Positions 56,901-64,000 of a stretch of 64,000 nt of DNA are shown here, piece after piece. The notes below the pieces were generated by a model. It did no database searches. It was not told the origin of the DNA and saw only the letters and a program-made list of their open reading frames with translations. The DNA lies in the IMG/VR virus record IMGVR_UViG_3300013212_000088, positions 64,001 through 128,000 of that record; one strand, given 5' to 3'. Numbering within the stretch: position 1 is the stretch's first letter; each line of letters opens with the position of its first letter. Made by a program: the position numbers and the translations under genes. The DNA is from a virus. Taxonomy: Duplodnaviria > Caudoviricetes.

Positions 56901-59271
56901 AAGACTCGTAGGCTGAAAGATTACTAACATAATTTTTATTACTTAACTTAGTTTCAAGATTATATTGAGCAAGATAATGTTTAATCTTGTTTATAATGTC
57001 ATACTTGCTTATATTAGAATTAAAAATATTAGTTATTTCTTCATATTGTTTTTGAGAAATTACCGAGCTGTTATATTCTTCTTCAATTACTCTATTTGTG
57101 TTATTAATAATTTCGTCACCCAAAATATTGATAGCGCTGCTCAATGAATTATCTATCATTGTCAAACTTTGTAATGAGTAATCTAAATTATTATTATTTT
57201 GAACTGTAGTATTAACAGTCTTGATATTATTTAACAGATTTGTAATTGATTCATTTTCTGTGTTTATCTCTATATCAGACGCTTTGTAAATAATATCTTT
57301 GGTGAGGTTTGTAATACTTTCATTAATTGTATTTTCAAAGTTTTGAACAATCTGTCTATTTTCAGTAATGCTTAAAGATTTTAAATTAAAATTGTTAACT
57401 TCTTGATTAATAATATTTTGAATAAAGTTTTTAATTTCGTTATTATTTATCAACTGATCTATATCTTGATTGAGTGTTGAAATAATAACATCTACATTTT
57501 CATTTTTTGATATCGTATTTACAATATTTGATCGAATATTTTTTACATTTAGAGATGTTTTAAAATCAGTGAATGAGGAGTTAATGTTATTTACTACATA
57601 TTTTTTAACATTGTTTAAAACTAAACTATTATCTAAATTTTGCAATTGGCTTAATGCGACACTTGAATAGAAGTAATTTGCATTATTTACAATTGAATTT
57701 TTATGCTGATTGTAAATATTTTCAATTTGCTGAATATAATCTACATCATTATTTGAAAAATTATTTTGATTAATGTACTGTGCCAATCTTAGCGCACTTT
57801 CATTTACAATTTGAATATTTAAGTTTTGAGTTATATAAGAAGACAATTCATTTCTAAGATTATTTACTTCTTTGTTTTGAATGTTTTGAATGTTTGCTAA
57901 AAAACTATTATATAAACTATAGTTGTGTAGTTCATTTGTTTGATTAATTACATTTTCAAGTGGAGATATAAAGTCTTTAAATGCATTAGATAATTGCTCA
58001 GTTTTAACTTCAGAAAATATATTTTTAATCTGTTGAATGGATTCTAATACAGAAACTAAATTAGTGTTATTTTGATTATTATTAACAATATTAATTATTT
58101 CATTTTTATAATTTTGAAATATGTTATTTTGTTCTAAAAAATCTTGTTCTGCCTTCATTATAATTTGTGGCAAAGTTTCATTTAAGTAAACATTCAATAC
58201 CTGAATTGTTTTCTCATCTTGTTTGTTTTCAAGTTTATTTACAATTACAGATTCAATTACTTGTTGAATATTTTTTACATCTTCAACATTATTTATCTCA
58301 TTTAAAATTTGATTCTTAATTTCTTCAATCTTATCTCCCTCAAAAACTGCTAATTCATTAACAATATTTTTGATAAGATTTTGTCTAAATTCTACTTTGG
58401 TGTTATTGAAGAATTGATTTACATCACTTGATATTTTAGACAAGTTTACTGTATTACTATTTAGTATTTTATTTTGAAACTTGACGTCTATGATTTCAGT
58501 TTTATTATTGTTTATTGAAAGAAAATCAATAGGCTGAGTATACTGAGAAATTCTTGTAGTTTTTACTGGCTTTTCAATTTGTATAGACTTAAAATCTTCT
58601 TTTGGAATATTTGTCTGTTGGTTTTTATTGATCAGTATAGATTCTGATGGTCTAGCTTCTCTTGTTATAGATGAAGTTTTAATTTCAATTGGTTTTGCAG
58701 CAATATTGTAAGCTTGGGAAACATTTTGAGTTTCATTATAAGACTCTGAAATATCTTGAGCTTCTGGAACTTTAATTTCAGGATTAGTTTTTTGAAGCAT
58801 TTGTAAAAATTCTTTTGCTTCTGAACTAATCATATAGTCTTCTTTCTTTGATGCTAGTTGCTTTACATTAAAACCCTTTTGATCTTTTTTATCAAAATCT
58901 GCAACATTCTTATATTTTGTTGGGCCTTCAGTGACTAGAAAATTGCTTTTAGAGTCTTGATATGACAAAAAAACAGGGTCTGGTGGTCGGTATCCACTAT
59001 AGTCATGCTTATTTGCTGGGGAATATCTTCGAGCTACACTAGAAGGGTTTTGAGTTAAGAAAGACTCTGATGATGAAATACTTTCACTGGCATCATTAGT
59101 ATTACCAGCAGTGTACTTTTCTGTTGGAATGCCTTTAGCTCTTACTGGAGAGCCTTGATTTAAGTGTTCAAATGAATCGTTCAAATCAAAACCTATATCT
59201 TTGATGTAAGAGAAAGCATCAGATAAATTAGAAATCTTGTCGTAACTCAACCATGATTTTTTGTTTTCCAT
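53923..59271 (-). CDS. Asn/Ile-rich helical protein (1782 aa), tape-measure candidate
   Basis: About 1500 residues dominated by N/I/S/E/Q/K, almost no G/P/W and no Cys seen; upstream of the hub-like gene. Confidence 0.45.
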   Translation of the reverse strand: MENKKSWLSYDKISNLSDAFSYIKDIGFDLNDSFEHLNQGSPVRAKGIPTEKYTAGNTNDASESISSSESFLTQNPSSVARRYSPANKHDYSGYRPPDPVFLSYQDSKSNFLVTEGPTKYKNVADFDKKDQKGFNVKQLASKKEDYMISSEAKEFLQMLQKTNPEIKVPEAQDISESYNETQNVSQAYNIAAKPIEIKTSSITREARPSESILINKNQQTNIPKEDFKSIQIEKPVKTTRISQYTQPIDFLSINNNKTEIIDVKFQNKILNSNTVNLSKISSDVNQFFNNTKVEFRQNLIKNIVNELAVFEGDKIEEIKNQILNEINNVEDVKNIQQVIESVIVNKLENKQDEKTIQVLNVYLNETLPQIIMKAEQDFLEQNNIFQNYKNEIINIVNNNQNNTNLVSVLESIQQIKNIFSEVKTEQLSNAFKDFISPLENVINQTNELHNYSLYNSFLANIQNIQNKEVNNLRNELSSYITQNLNIQIVNESALRLAQYINQNNFSNNDVDYIQQIENIYNQHKNSIVNNANYFYSSVALSQLQNLDNSLVLNNVKKYVVNNINSSFTDFKTSLNVKNIRSNIVNTISKNENVDVIISTLNQDIDQLINNNEIKNFIQNIINQEVNNFNLKSLSITENRQIVQNFENTINESITNLTKDIIYKASDIEINTENESITNLLNNIKTVNTTVQNNNNLDYSLQSLTMIDNSLSSAINILGDEIINNTNRVIEEEYNSSVISQKQYEEITNIFNSNISKYDIINKIKHYLAQYNLETKLSNKNYVSNLSAYESLNRFTDIKNNNIESFINKVYKTSIELTNISQSLIGTRDILKTFQNTIDKISILAPNNEVVSEIQERLTKTQNTDITNKFFNLITSSNIVEEEVKNFLIRQNETISNYTLNVIKENVYNSAFDDYIFVSEIKNIIEKKESVNSFATLTEIKEVLNKYNLEEVKNAFVDIKNIITNSSSDNILNNSIVENIDSYVNNLSNITSELVAKTLIENKNYSELKNISVLNQINNSNLSQQFNTAVNNITEQLNATTNVEQILNTINTELNNLSVNQSLNENTIVNENSEFINEIYNSVKNNSQEENKNYVNNLKQQFLNETLSTAENILSNQNIKIENISNVLKTLNVNNFNSSNVNQLKNVIQRNIIANNYEINENNQLNYFANYLNNLAFKVDLIESSTTINNFEEINILARETALKYTTEFSEVKNEIKILNTLRNEIENIENYNELKQVINNFENKINQVKLEQIDFIANTLIENNEYKSFVKENKELLTFSNFQEKLNTNSVFLNNEVKQVLNNVLESNNSLQNVINNFSNVTQQNISSVYQSSSTNANFSNMNVVEKNNIITELNNIYSEEVVKQRFENYETKTYSNLLETVKLISLNNSLSVQQKVENIVSSISFMSATRDSILNSLMKNYNVFNMERTFNYLTKNLIEQAELNIQNYDIQKVITQTLNNNIYINQNILNSQVVSRASDLIKNTLKTEIFNENIDNILNQQNNTELSNDLARVLKSTNNYSLLNTVILDNFQNEINEVISQKITNNSAQNYSQLSVLNYDNNSKNISLPDNISKINTTSTTEQTFKNTNSSFEVINNEEDVDVSNLRIDKIWNSFVKTEVNKIVEEINSESEINNVNNVDQRTFNNSSNNINSTTNNVVNNSVENNLNQDYSSTKNESNYYNLNDGATVSSNTSKIIRETETTITEIERINILEITETVFEKIEQKLKSYNVTQEDIIILKQKIIFEVTEYYERRTSDEIRKTEKRVKDDIQDMFIKFLNT

Positions 59272-59295
59272 TAGTTGTGTTATACGTTAGAGAAT

Positions 59296-61656
59296 TTAAA
59301 TCAATTTGAAGTTTGACTTTTTCTTTAATTCTGGATGATCGTTTAATATTTGCTCAATTGTATCTCCAGCATGATCAGGAGATTCTTTCAAAGCAGTACC
59401 TTCACCAGGAAGCAATCCATCCCAATAATTTGCAGCTTCATCATCTTCGAGCTTTTTAAATCCAGCAATTTTGACAAACTTACTTTCAATTTTAGCAAAA
59501 GCTGCGCTAGGTGATTCAATTGCTTTGGTATAGAAATCTTTAGTAAAGGAACCACTTAAAGCATCTTGCAAATTAGATAAGCCCTTAGATTCTAATTGGC
59601 TTAGCTTACTCTTTTCTTGAACAATGTCAGCTTGTAATGCGGTTTTTCTTTCACCAACTGCCGCAGCCTCCATCGCTTGTAGATTTTGAATTTTTTGTTT
59701 TTGTTCTGCAATTAAAGGTTCATTAAGTCTGTTAAGTTCCATTACATGACCAACTGCAAAAGGCCCACCTAAGGTTTTTTGAATTAGTTCAGCATCTGTA
59801 GCTGTTTGAGAACCGCCAAAGAATCTTATATCTCTTTGTTTCATTGATTGCTCAATGGTTGCGCCTTCTCTTTCTACTTCTAACTGCTCTTTTTTAATAT
59901 TGTCAATTTTAATCTTTAATTGATTTAAGTTAACTTTTAATTGTTCTACTTGGGCTGCTGCCTGTTCACTAGTAGACGAAACACCAGTCATGATTGTTGG
60001 ATTAGAAAGAATCTGTTGATATTTTTGAAGCAAAGTTTCACCAGCCATTACAGCTGCATTAGTGCTTTCCACCATAACACCAATCTTTTCTTTTACTTGT
60101 TCTGCACTATTATAGGCAACTTGCTTATCTTCACCAAGTTCTTTGACTATGGTTTTGATCATTCCAGCGTTTGTTCCGCCAGTTCCATAGTAAGAATTTT
60201 TTGCTGTTTCGTAATTCTTTATTGCTCTGTCAAACTTTTGTTGTTCTTGAGCAAAAAGATTTTTGTTCATAACTGCACCAAACACAGCTTCGGAAGTTTC
60301 TTGTAATGTTGCGTTTAAGTCACCTACATTTGTAGTGGATCCAGTTGTAACAAAATCCAGTCCTGCACTTAAAGCTTTTTTAAAATTAGGTGCCCCAGCT
60401 ACAGCTGCAACATAGTTTCTCAATTCTCCACTTAATCTAGTGACTTCAGCTGCATTTCCGCTTATTGATGCATTATTAAGTGCTACCATTGCGTTTATTG
60501 CTTTTGAAGCATTAACATTGAAAATAGGATTTATCCCGAGTAATGGAGTTTTTTTAATATCCTCTTGAAGTTTTGTGTCAAGCTCATTTTTTAAGATTCT
60601 AGGGTCCATATTTGCTGCTGTTCTTACATTTGCAACCTTGACAAACTTATAGGTGGAATCAGATACTGTAATTCCTGGAGAAAATGGAGCTTGGACTCTT
60701 TGTGCCTTGCCTGGGACTAGCTCAGTTGTTGCTTGTTCAGACAATGAGTAACCAATATTAAGTGTATAGAAAATACTTCGTACTAGTCCCAATACTGGAG
60801 CAAAGTTTTTAAATGCTCCTTGAGCAAACTGATAAAGATTTTTTTCTGCTTCCAAAAACTTTGGTGCTTCTAAACCTTGTTGAAGGCCTCTTGCTAATCC
60901 TAACTCTTGTAAGGATCTCTTTGTAGCATCCATTGCTTTTTGGGTTGTTGAAACAATTTGTTCAGCAGATGATTGTCCATGACCAACTGCATGAGCTAAA
61001 GCTCTACTAAACTTAACTTGTAATTTAGGGTCTCCAATCATTAAAGAGAAAAACTCTTTGCCTGAAGTATTTTTTGAACGAGCACACTTAGTTATAAACT
61101 CTATAACTCCTAAACCCAAAAGTTCATTTTCAATTTCTGCTGCATTCTGAACAACTAATTTTACTTGCTGAATATTATGGTTTCTTTGCCAAATAATTAT
61201 TCCTAAATCTAAAATCTTTTCAAGATATGTAGATCCAACAACATTTAAAAACATTTCTAGGAGTTCAATTGTTTGGTCAATCCTGCTATCTTGTGACATT
61301 TTTGCCATTGCAGCAGGGTTTTTGATATCAAATTGAGATGGAAAGAATGAATCAAACTTAGCTTGAGGAACCCCTTCTTTAAGATATTCATCTTTCAGAA
61401 GGGAGACTTTTCTCACAACATCTGCAGTGTTTTCAAACTCTTTATATTGGCTTTTTTTGGATTGCTCTAAAGCATCGTCAACTATCTCTTCCCCAAAGCC
61501 CTTGGATTTATTTCCAAAAGCATCTTGAAGTGCTTTTACTTGAACAGCAGAAAGCGCCCCTTCTGCTAAACCTGCAGCGCCTGCTTCAGCCGCTCCAGCT
61601 GCCAAAGCGGCAGCTCCTGGAATCGCTAATGGGTTAGCTATTTTGACGAATTTCAT
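59296..61656 (-). CDS. Ala/Gln-rich coiled-coil protein with three KFVK[IV]A motifs (internal/ejection or tape-measure-type protein)
   Basis: MKFVKIA, YKFVKVA and SKFVKIA; long heptad-rich segments. Confidence 0.5.
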   Translation of the reverse strand: MKFVKIANPLAIPGAAALAAGAAEAGAAGLAEGALSAVQVKALQDAFGNKSKGFGEEIVDDALEQSKKSQYKEFENTADVVRKVSLLKDEYLKEGVPQAKFDSFFPSQFDIKNPAAMAKMSQDSRIDQTIELLEMFLNVVGSTYLEKILDLGIIIWQRNHNIQQVKLVVQNAAEIENELLGLGVIEFITKCARSKNTSGKEFFSLMIGDPKLQVKFSRALAHAVGHGQSSAEQIVSTTQKAMDATKRSLQELGLARGLQQGLEAPKFLEAEKNLYQFAQGAFKNFAPVLGLVRSIFYTLNIGYSLSEQATTELVPGKAQRVQAPFSPGITVSDSTYKFVKVANVRTAANMDPRILKNELDTKLQEDIKKTPLLGINPIFNVNASKAINAMVALNNASISGNAAEVTRLSGELRNYVAAVAGAPNFKKALSAGLDFVTTGSTTNVGDLNATLQETSEAVFGAVMNKNLFAQEQQKFDRAIKNYETAKNSYYGTGGTNAGMIKTIVKELGEDKQVAYNSAEQVKEKIGVMVESTNAAVMAGETLLQKYQQILSNPTIMTGVSSTSEQAAAQVEQLKVNLNQLKIKIDNIKKEQLEVEREGATIEQSMKQRDIRFFGGSQTATDAELIQKTLGGPFAVGHVMELNRLNEPLIAEQKQKIQNLQAMEAAAVGERKTALQADIVQEKSKLSQLESKGLSNLQDALSGSFTKDFYTKAIESPSAAFAKIESKFVKIAGFKKLEDDEAANYWDGLLPGEGTALKESPDHAGDTIEQILNDHPELKKKSNFKLI

Positions 61657-61658
61657 AA

Positions 61659-61838
61659 TTAATCTTTTGCTATAATTTTATAAGTAGATGTTGAGCAGTG
61701 AGGACATTTGCCATGCAAAGCATTCCTGGAACTCTTCATAGTAACAACTTTTGGTCCAGTAACTGTGACCATAGTTCTACATTTTACACAGTACATAGGA
61801 TGCGTTTTTGTAGCATCTTTAATTTCGGTATCAGCCAT
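61659..61838 (-). CDS. DUF5679-like Zn-ribbon protein (59 aa, not in the ORF track)
   Basis: MADTEIKDATKTHPMYCVKCRTMVTVTGPKVVTMKSSRNALHGKCPHCSTSTYKIIAKD; AGGAG SD; YCVKC...MK..R.A..G.CP.C.T pattern. Confidence 0.8.
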   Translation of the reverse strand: MADTEIKDATKTHPMYCVKCRTMVTVTGPKVVTMKSSRNALHGKCPHCSTSTYKIIAKD

Positions 61839-61859
61839 TTTAAATAACTCCTAAAGTTT

Positions 61860-61886
61860 TATTATTAATTTTTGTACAAATACCTT
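61860..61886 (-). promoter_or_regulatory. Candidate phage-specific promoter at the head of the 46-kb minus-strand block (AAGG-N17-ATAATA)
   Basis: Minus strand AAGG tatttgtacaaaaatta ATAATA, 21 nt before the ATG at 61838. Confidence 0.45.
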
Positions 61887-61901
61887 TGAGGATTAGCTTC
61901 A

Positions 61902-62252
61902 ATGCCCAGGTATGAATACTGTTGTAAATGTGATGGAAGTGAAAAGAAATTCACAGTCAATATTTCATTTAATGAATATTCTCCAGAAATTCCTTGCCCT
62001 TGTGGTGCAGAAAATGGTTTGGCAATGAGAGTTTTTACAACTTTTGCCGTTCAAGAAGGTCGCACTGCTAATGAAATTAAGTTTGGCACTACTAATAAGA
62101 GAAAGCAAATGGCTGATTTTATGAAAGATCAAAAACAAGTTAGAAAAAAATCTTATGCTGCTGATACTCGAGAAGCTAAATCAAACGAAATATGGACAGG
62201 CAAGGAAGGCTTAGACGGTATAACATCTTTACCTATTAATAAGGACAAGTAA
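61902..62252 (+). CDS. FmdB-family zinc-ribbon protein
   Basis: MPRYEYCC.C....F......E.....PCPCG......RVF; GAGG SD. Confidence 0.75.
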   Translation: MPRYEYCCKCDGSEKKFTVNISFNEYSPEIPCPCGAENGLAMRVFTTFAVQEGRTANEIKFGTTNKRKQMADFMKDQKQVRKKSYAADTREAKSNEIWTGKEGLDGITSLPINKDK

Positions 62253-62253
62253 C

Positions 62254-63030
62254 ATGGAAGAACCAGAATCATTTATTATTCAAAACGTCACTATGAATTA
62301 TCAATATATTAGTGATATCAGACTTCAATTGGATCCACTACAAGTTGAAGATCTAACATGGTGGGAATCTAAAGTTGTTAAGGCATCTAGAGACCTAAAG
62401 GAAGCACTGCGTAGAGGTGTTTTACGACAAATCACTCAGACAGAATGGGATTCTAAACTAGAAAAGCAAGCTGCTAAAGAAAGAAGAGAACTTTCTTTAA
62501 ACACTAAACAAGAGAGAATTAAGACCATCGAAACCGAAGATGGAAAGCAATTTGAAGCTGAATCTATTGATGCCGAAAAGCCTTATAGCAAAGAAGCTGA
62601 ACTTAACACTGCTGGTTATGCAAATGATTCTCTTTCTTACACCATTGCTTTAGAAACTGCTCAGGTTCAAGCTGAGTTAAATGGTGAAGAGCTTACTGTA
62701 GAAGACTTTGCTGAAAGAGTAGAGCGTGATCCAACATTAGTTGCTAGGCTTCTACGACAACAAACAGGCGCAGTCACATCTGGTACCACTCGTCAATCAA
62801 GAGCATTTGTAGCTCAAGCTCCTGAACTTGGTAGATCTGAGACTACTGTTGCTGGAATGAAAATGTCTAACATGCAACGAGATGGATATATTGCAGGCGG
62901 AGATTTTAATTACACTGCTAAACCAAATGATGATTTTGGTTTTGATAGTGATCCTTCTATTGCTGAAGAAATTGACCTTGAAGTGGATTCTTTAGGGGAT
63001 GATGAAAAGGGCTCAATCAGAAGACTCTAG
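62254..63030 (+). CDS. Hypothetical phage protein (258 aa, acidic C-terminus)
   Basis: Starts 1 nt after the upstream stop; N-terminal I.NVT...YISDIRLQLDP...DL...S.DLKEALRRG.L domain. Confidence 0.7.
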   Translation: MEEPESFIIQNVTMNYQYISDIRLQLDPLQVEDLTWWESKVVKASRDLKEALRRGVLRQITQTEWDSKLEKQAAKERRELSLNTKQERIKTIETEDGKQFEAESIDAEKPYSKEAELNTAGYANDSLSYTIALETAQVQAELNGEELTVEDFAERVERDPTLVARLLRQQTGAVTSGTTRQSRAFVAQAPELGRSETTVAGMKMSNMQRDGYIAGGDFNYTAKPNDDFGFDSDPSIAEEIDLEVDSLGDDEKGSIRRL

Positions 63031-63055
63031 AAAAATTGTAATAAGACTTAAGCTT

Positions 63056-63089
63056 AAGAAGGCAGTCTAACAAGGCTGCCTTCTTTTTT
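63056..63089 (+). terminator. Rho-independent terminator-like hairpin
   Basis: AAGAAGGCAGTC-taacaa-GGCTGCCTTCTT followed by TTTT. Confidence 0.75.
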
Positions 63090-63102
63090 ATGGAGACATC
63101 TT

Positions 63103-64000
63103 ATGGCAGACTTCAACGCATCATCATTTACACAAAGTGAACTTGTATTCTACAATAGATCTGCTGGAACTCAAGGTATATACATTGAGTGGGAAAGATA
63201 TTCAGGATCTGGAGTAAGCATATATAATATTTACAGAAGTGAGTATTTTGATGGAAACTATCAACTTGTAGATGCTGTTATGTTTCCAAGAAATGAGTAT
63301 GTAGACAGGACCGGTAAACCTTCATATTATTACAAAATAGAAGAAGTTGGTGGCACAGGGTATACAGTATCCTATAGTACAAGTCAGCCAATTTCAGGTG
63401 ATGAATTACTTACAAAAAGTAGTTTAAGATTTGAATTGGAGCATTTACTTAACATTCCTATCTATGATGAAGAAGTAATATTCAATGCTAACAGAACATC
63501 GGCTTCCGTTGCTTTCCCGCATTGGAATTATTCACCAAGACCTCAAATTAGAATTACAGGAGCTTCAAATGAGGGTGATAGTGAACCAATGAAGTTCTTA
63601 TCAGAATATGATCCTATTTACACTACTCTTTCAGGAACAGCTACTTCATCATACCCCGATGGTTTAAAATACAAAACAGACTACCAAGGAAATATTTATT
63701 TCTTAAAAGCAAATGGTACAGCACAATCTATAAAAAGTTATGACACTGTAATGGTTTCATATAATATAAAAATGTTTTCAAGCCAACATATGAACAGTGC
63801 TTTGAACATGGCATTGCAATCAGTTAATTCACAACCAGGATCGGCTAAATATCAATCAGTTTCAACAGCGCCATTTTATTATGAACCAGCATTAGTGATT
63901 GGAGCATCATATTATCTTTTAAGAAGTTTACTCGTTTCTTTAACTGGTAGACAAAGAAGATTGCTGCTTGAAGATCCAGATGCCAAAATTGTTGATGACC
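63103..64000 (+). CDS. Probable neck/head-tail adaptor-like virion protein (3'-truncated, not in the ORF track)
   Basis: GGAG SD; open to the window end: MADFNASSFTQSELVF...IEWERY...YNIYRSE...YYYKI (FN3-like), then a helical LNMALQSVNSQP...YEPALVIGASYYLLRSL region. Confidence 0.55.
   Translation, partial: MADFNASSFTQSELVFYNRSAGTQGIYIEWERYSGSGVSIYNIYRSEYFDGNYQLVDAVMFPRNEYVDRTGKPSYYYKIEEVGGTGYTVSYSTSQPISGDELLTKSSLRFELEHLLNIPIYDEEVIFNANRTSASVAFPHWNYSPRPQIRITGASNEGDSEPMKFLSEYDPIYTTLSGTATSSYPDGLKYKTDYQGNIYFLKANGTAQSIKSYDTVMVSYNIKMFSSQHMNSALNMALQSVNSQPGSAKYQSVSTAPFYYEPALVIGASYYLLRSLLVSLTGRQRRLLLEDPDAKIVDD

Larger units (their letters stand above)
1..64000. mobile_element. Fragment of a large (jumbo-type) tailed bacteriophage genome
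   Basis: About two thirds of the window is tail-fibre/baseplate-like genes, interleaved with isolated host-like genes (gyrBA, dnaK, dnaJ, rnhB) out of their bacterial operon context. No rRNA, ribosomal-protein or metabolic operons, and no integrase or att site seen. Confidence 0.88.

Noticed and set aside
292-60306. Short antisense or alternate-frame ORFs in the provided track (e.g. 292-480, 1194-1424, 5238-5627, 10279-10674, 12419-12766, 23556-23897, 59941-60306)
   Set aside because: They lie wholly inside well-supported genes, lack SDs and recognisable motifs, and show the Ser/Ile/Leu-rich composition expected of shadow frames.
59272-61660. Programmed frameshift (tail-assembly-chaperone type) upstream of the tape-measure candidates
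   Set aside because: No overlapping ORF pair with a convincing slippery heptamer was found at these junctions.
1-64000. Genome-wide stop-codon reassignment (TAG to Gln, as in some large phages)
   Set aside because: ORFs of up to 3056 aa are uninterrupted in the standard code, gene boundaries abut tightly, and TAG ends the 134-aa gene at what looks like its natural C-terminus (IFKL). Only local read-through at 7275 remains plausible.
1-64000. Bacterial chromosome, prophage or eukaryotic giant virus
   Set aside because: Housekeeping-like genes are isolated and out of canonical order (no hrcA-grpE-dnaK-dnaJ or dnaA-gyrB context) and no integrase is seen. SD sites, ATGA coupling, gyrase and intrinsic terminators argue against a eukaryotic virus.
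1-64000. tRNA, rRNA, CRISPR arrays, introns
   Set aside because: Intergenic gaps are all under about 175 nt. No cloverleaf or T-loop signature, no regularly spaced direct repeats and no split conserved genes were seen by eye.

Overview
AT-rich, gene-dense 64-kb fragment of a very large tailed dsDNA bacteriophage (jumbo/megaphage-like), read in the standard bacterial code, with Shine-Dalgarno sites, ATGA/TAATG overlaps and intrinsic terminators. Left arm (+): end of a tail-fibre-type gene, two low-complexity genes, a complete DNA gyrase (gyrB-gyrA, with GyrA-box and 6-blade CTD), then small virion genes and two paralogous tail-tube-like genes. Centre (-): host-like accessory genes: an operon of Zn-finger protein, dnaK, rnhB, a MerC-family membrane protein and a degenerate DUF151 nuclease; an SF2 helicase; a holin-like gene; dnaJ; and three adjacent proteases of different families (ISP-like subtilase S8, signal peptidase S26, trypsin-like S1). 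A 40-kb (-) block encodes giant mosaic tail/baseplate proteins (3056, 1467, 971, 1347, 1310, 930, 1368, 1782 and 786 aa). The right end (+) has a Zn-ribbon gene, a hypothetical gene and a probable neck/adaptor gene. Most interesting signals: (i) a self-contained chaperone-plus-protease module directly downstream of the giant virion genes; (ii) a recurrent phage-specific promoter, WAGG-N18-AGAATA; (iii) a repeated K-F-V-K-[IV]-A motif that looks like a capsid-targeting/cleavage signal; (iv) a gyrase lacking both quinolone-bridge residues and carrying a ~70-aa ATPase-domain insertion; (v) apparently leaderless dnaK and dnaJ; (vi) in-frame ORFs separated by single amber codons. All calls come from motif recognition by eye; no database searches were run.
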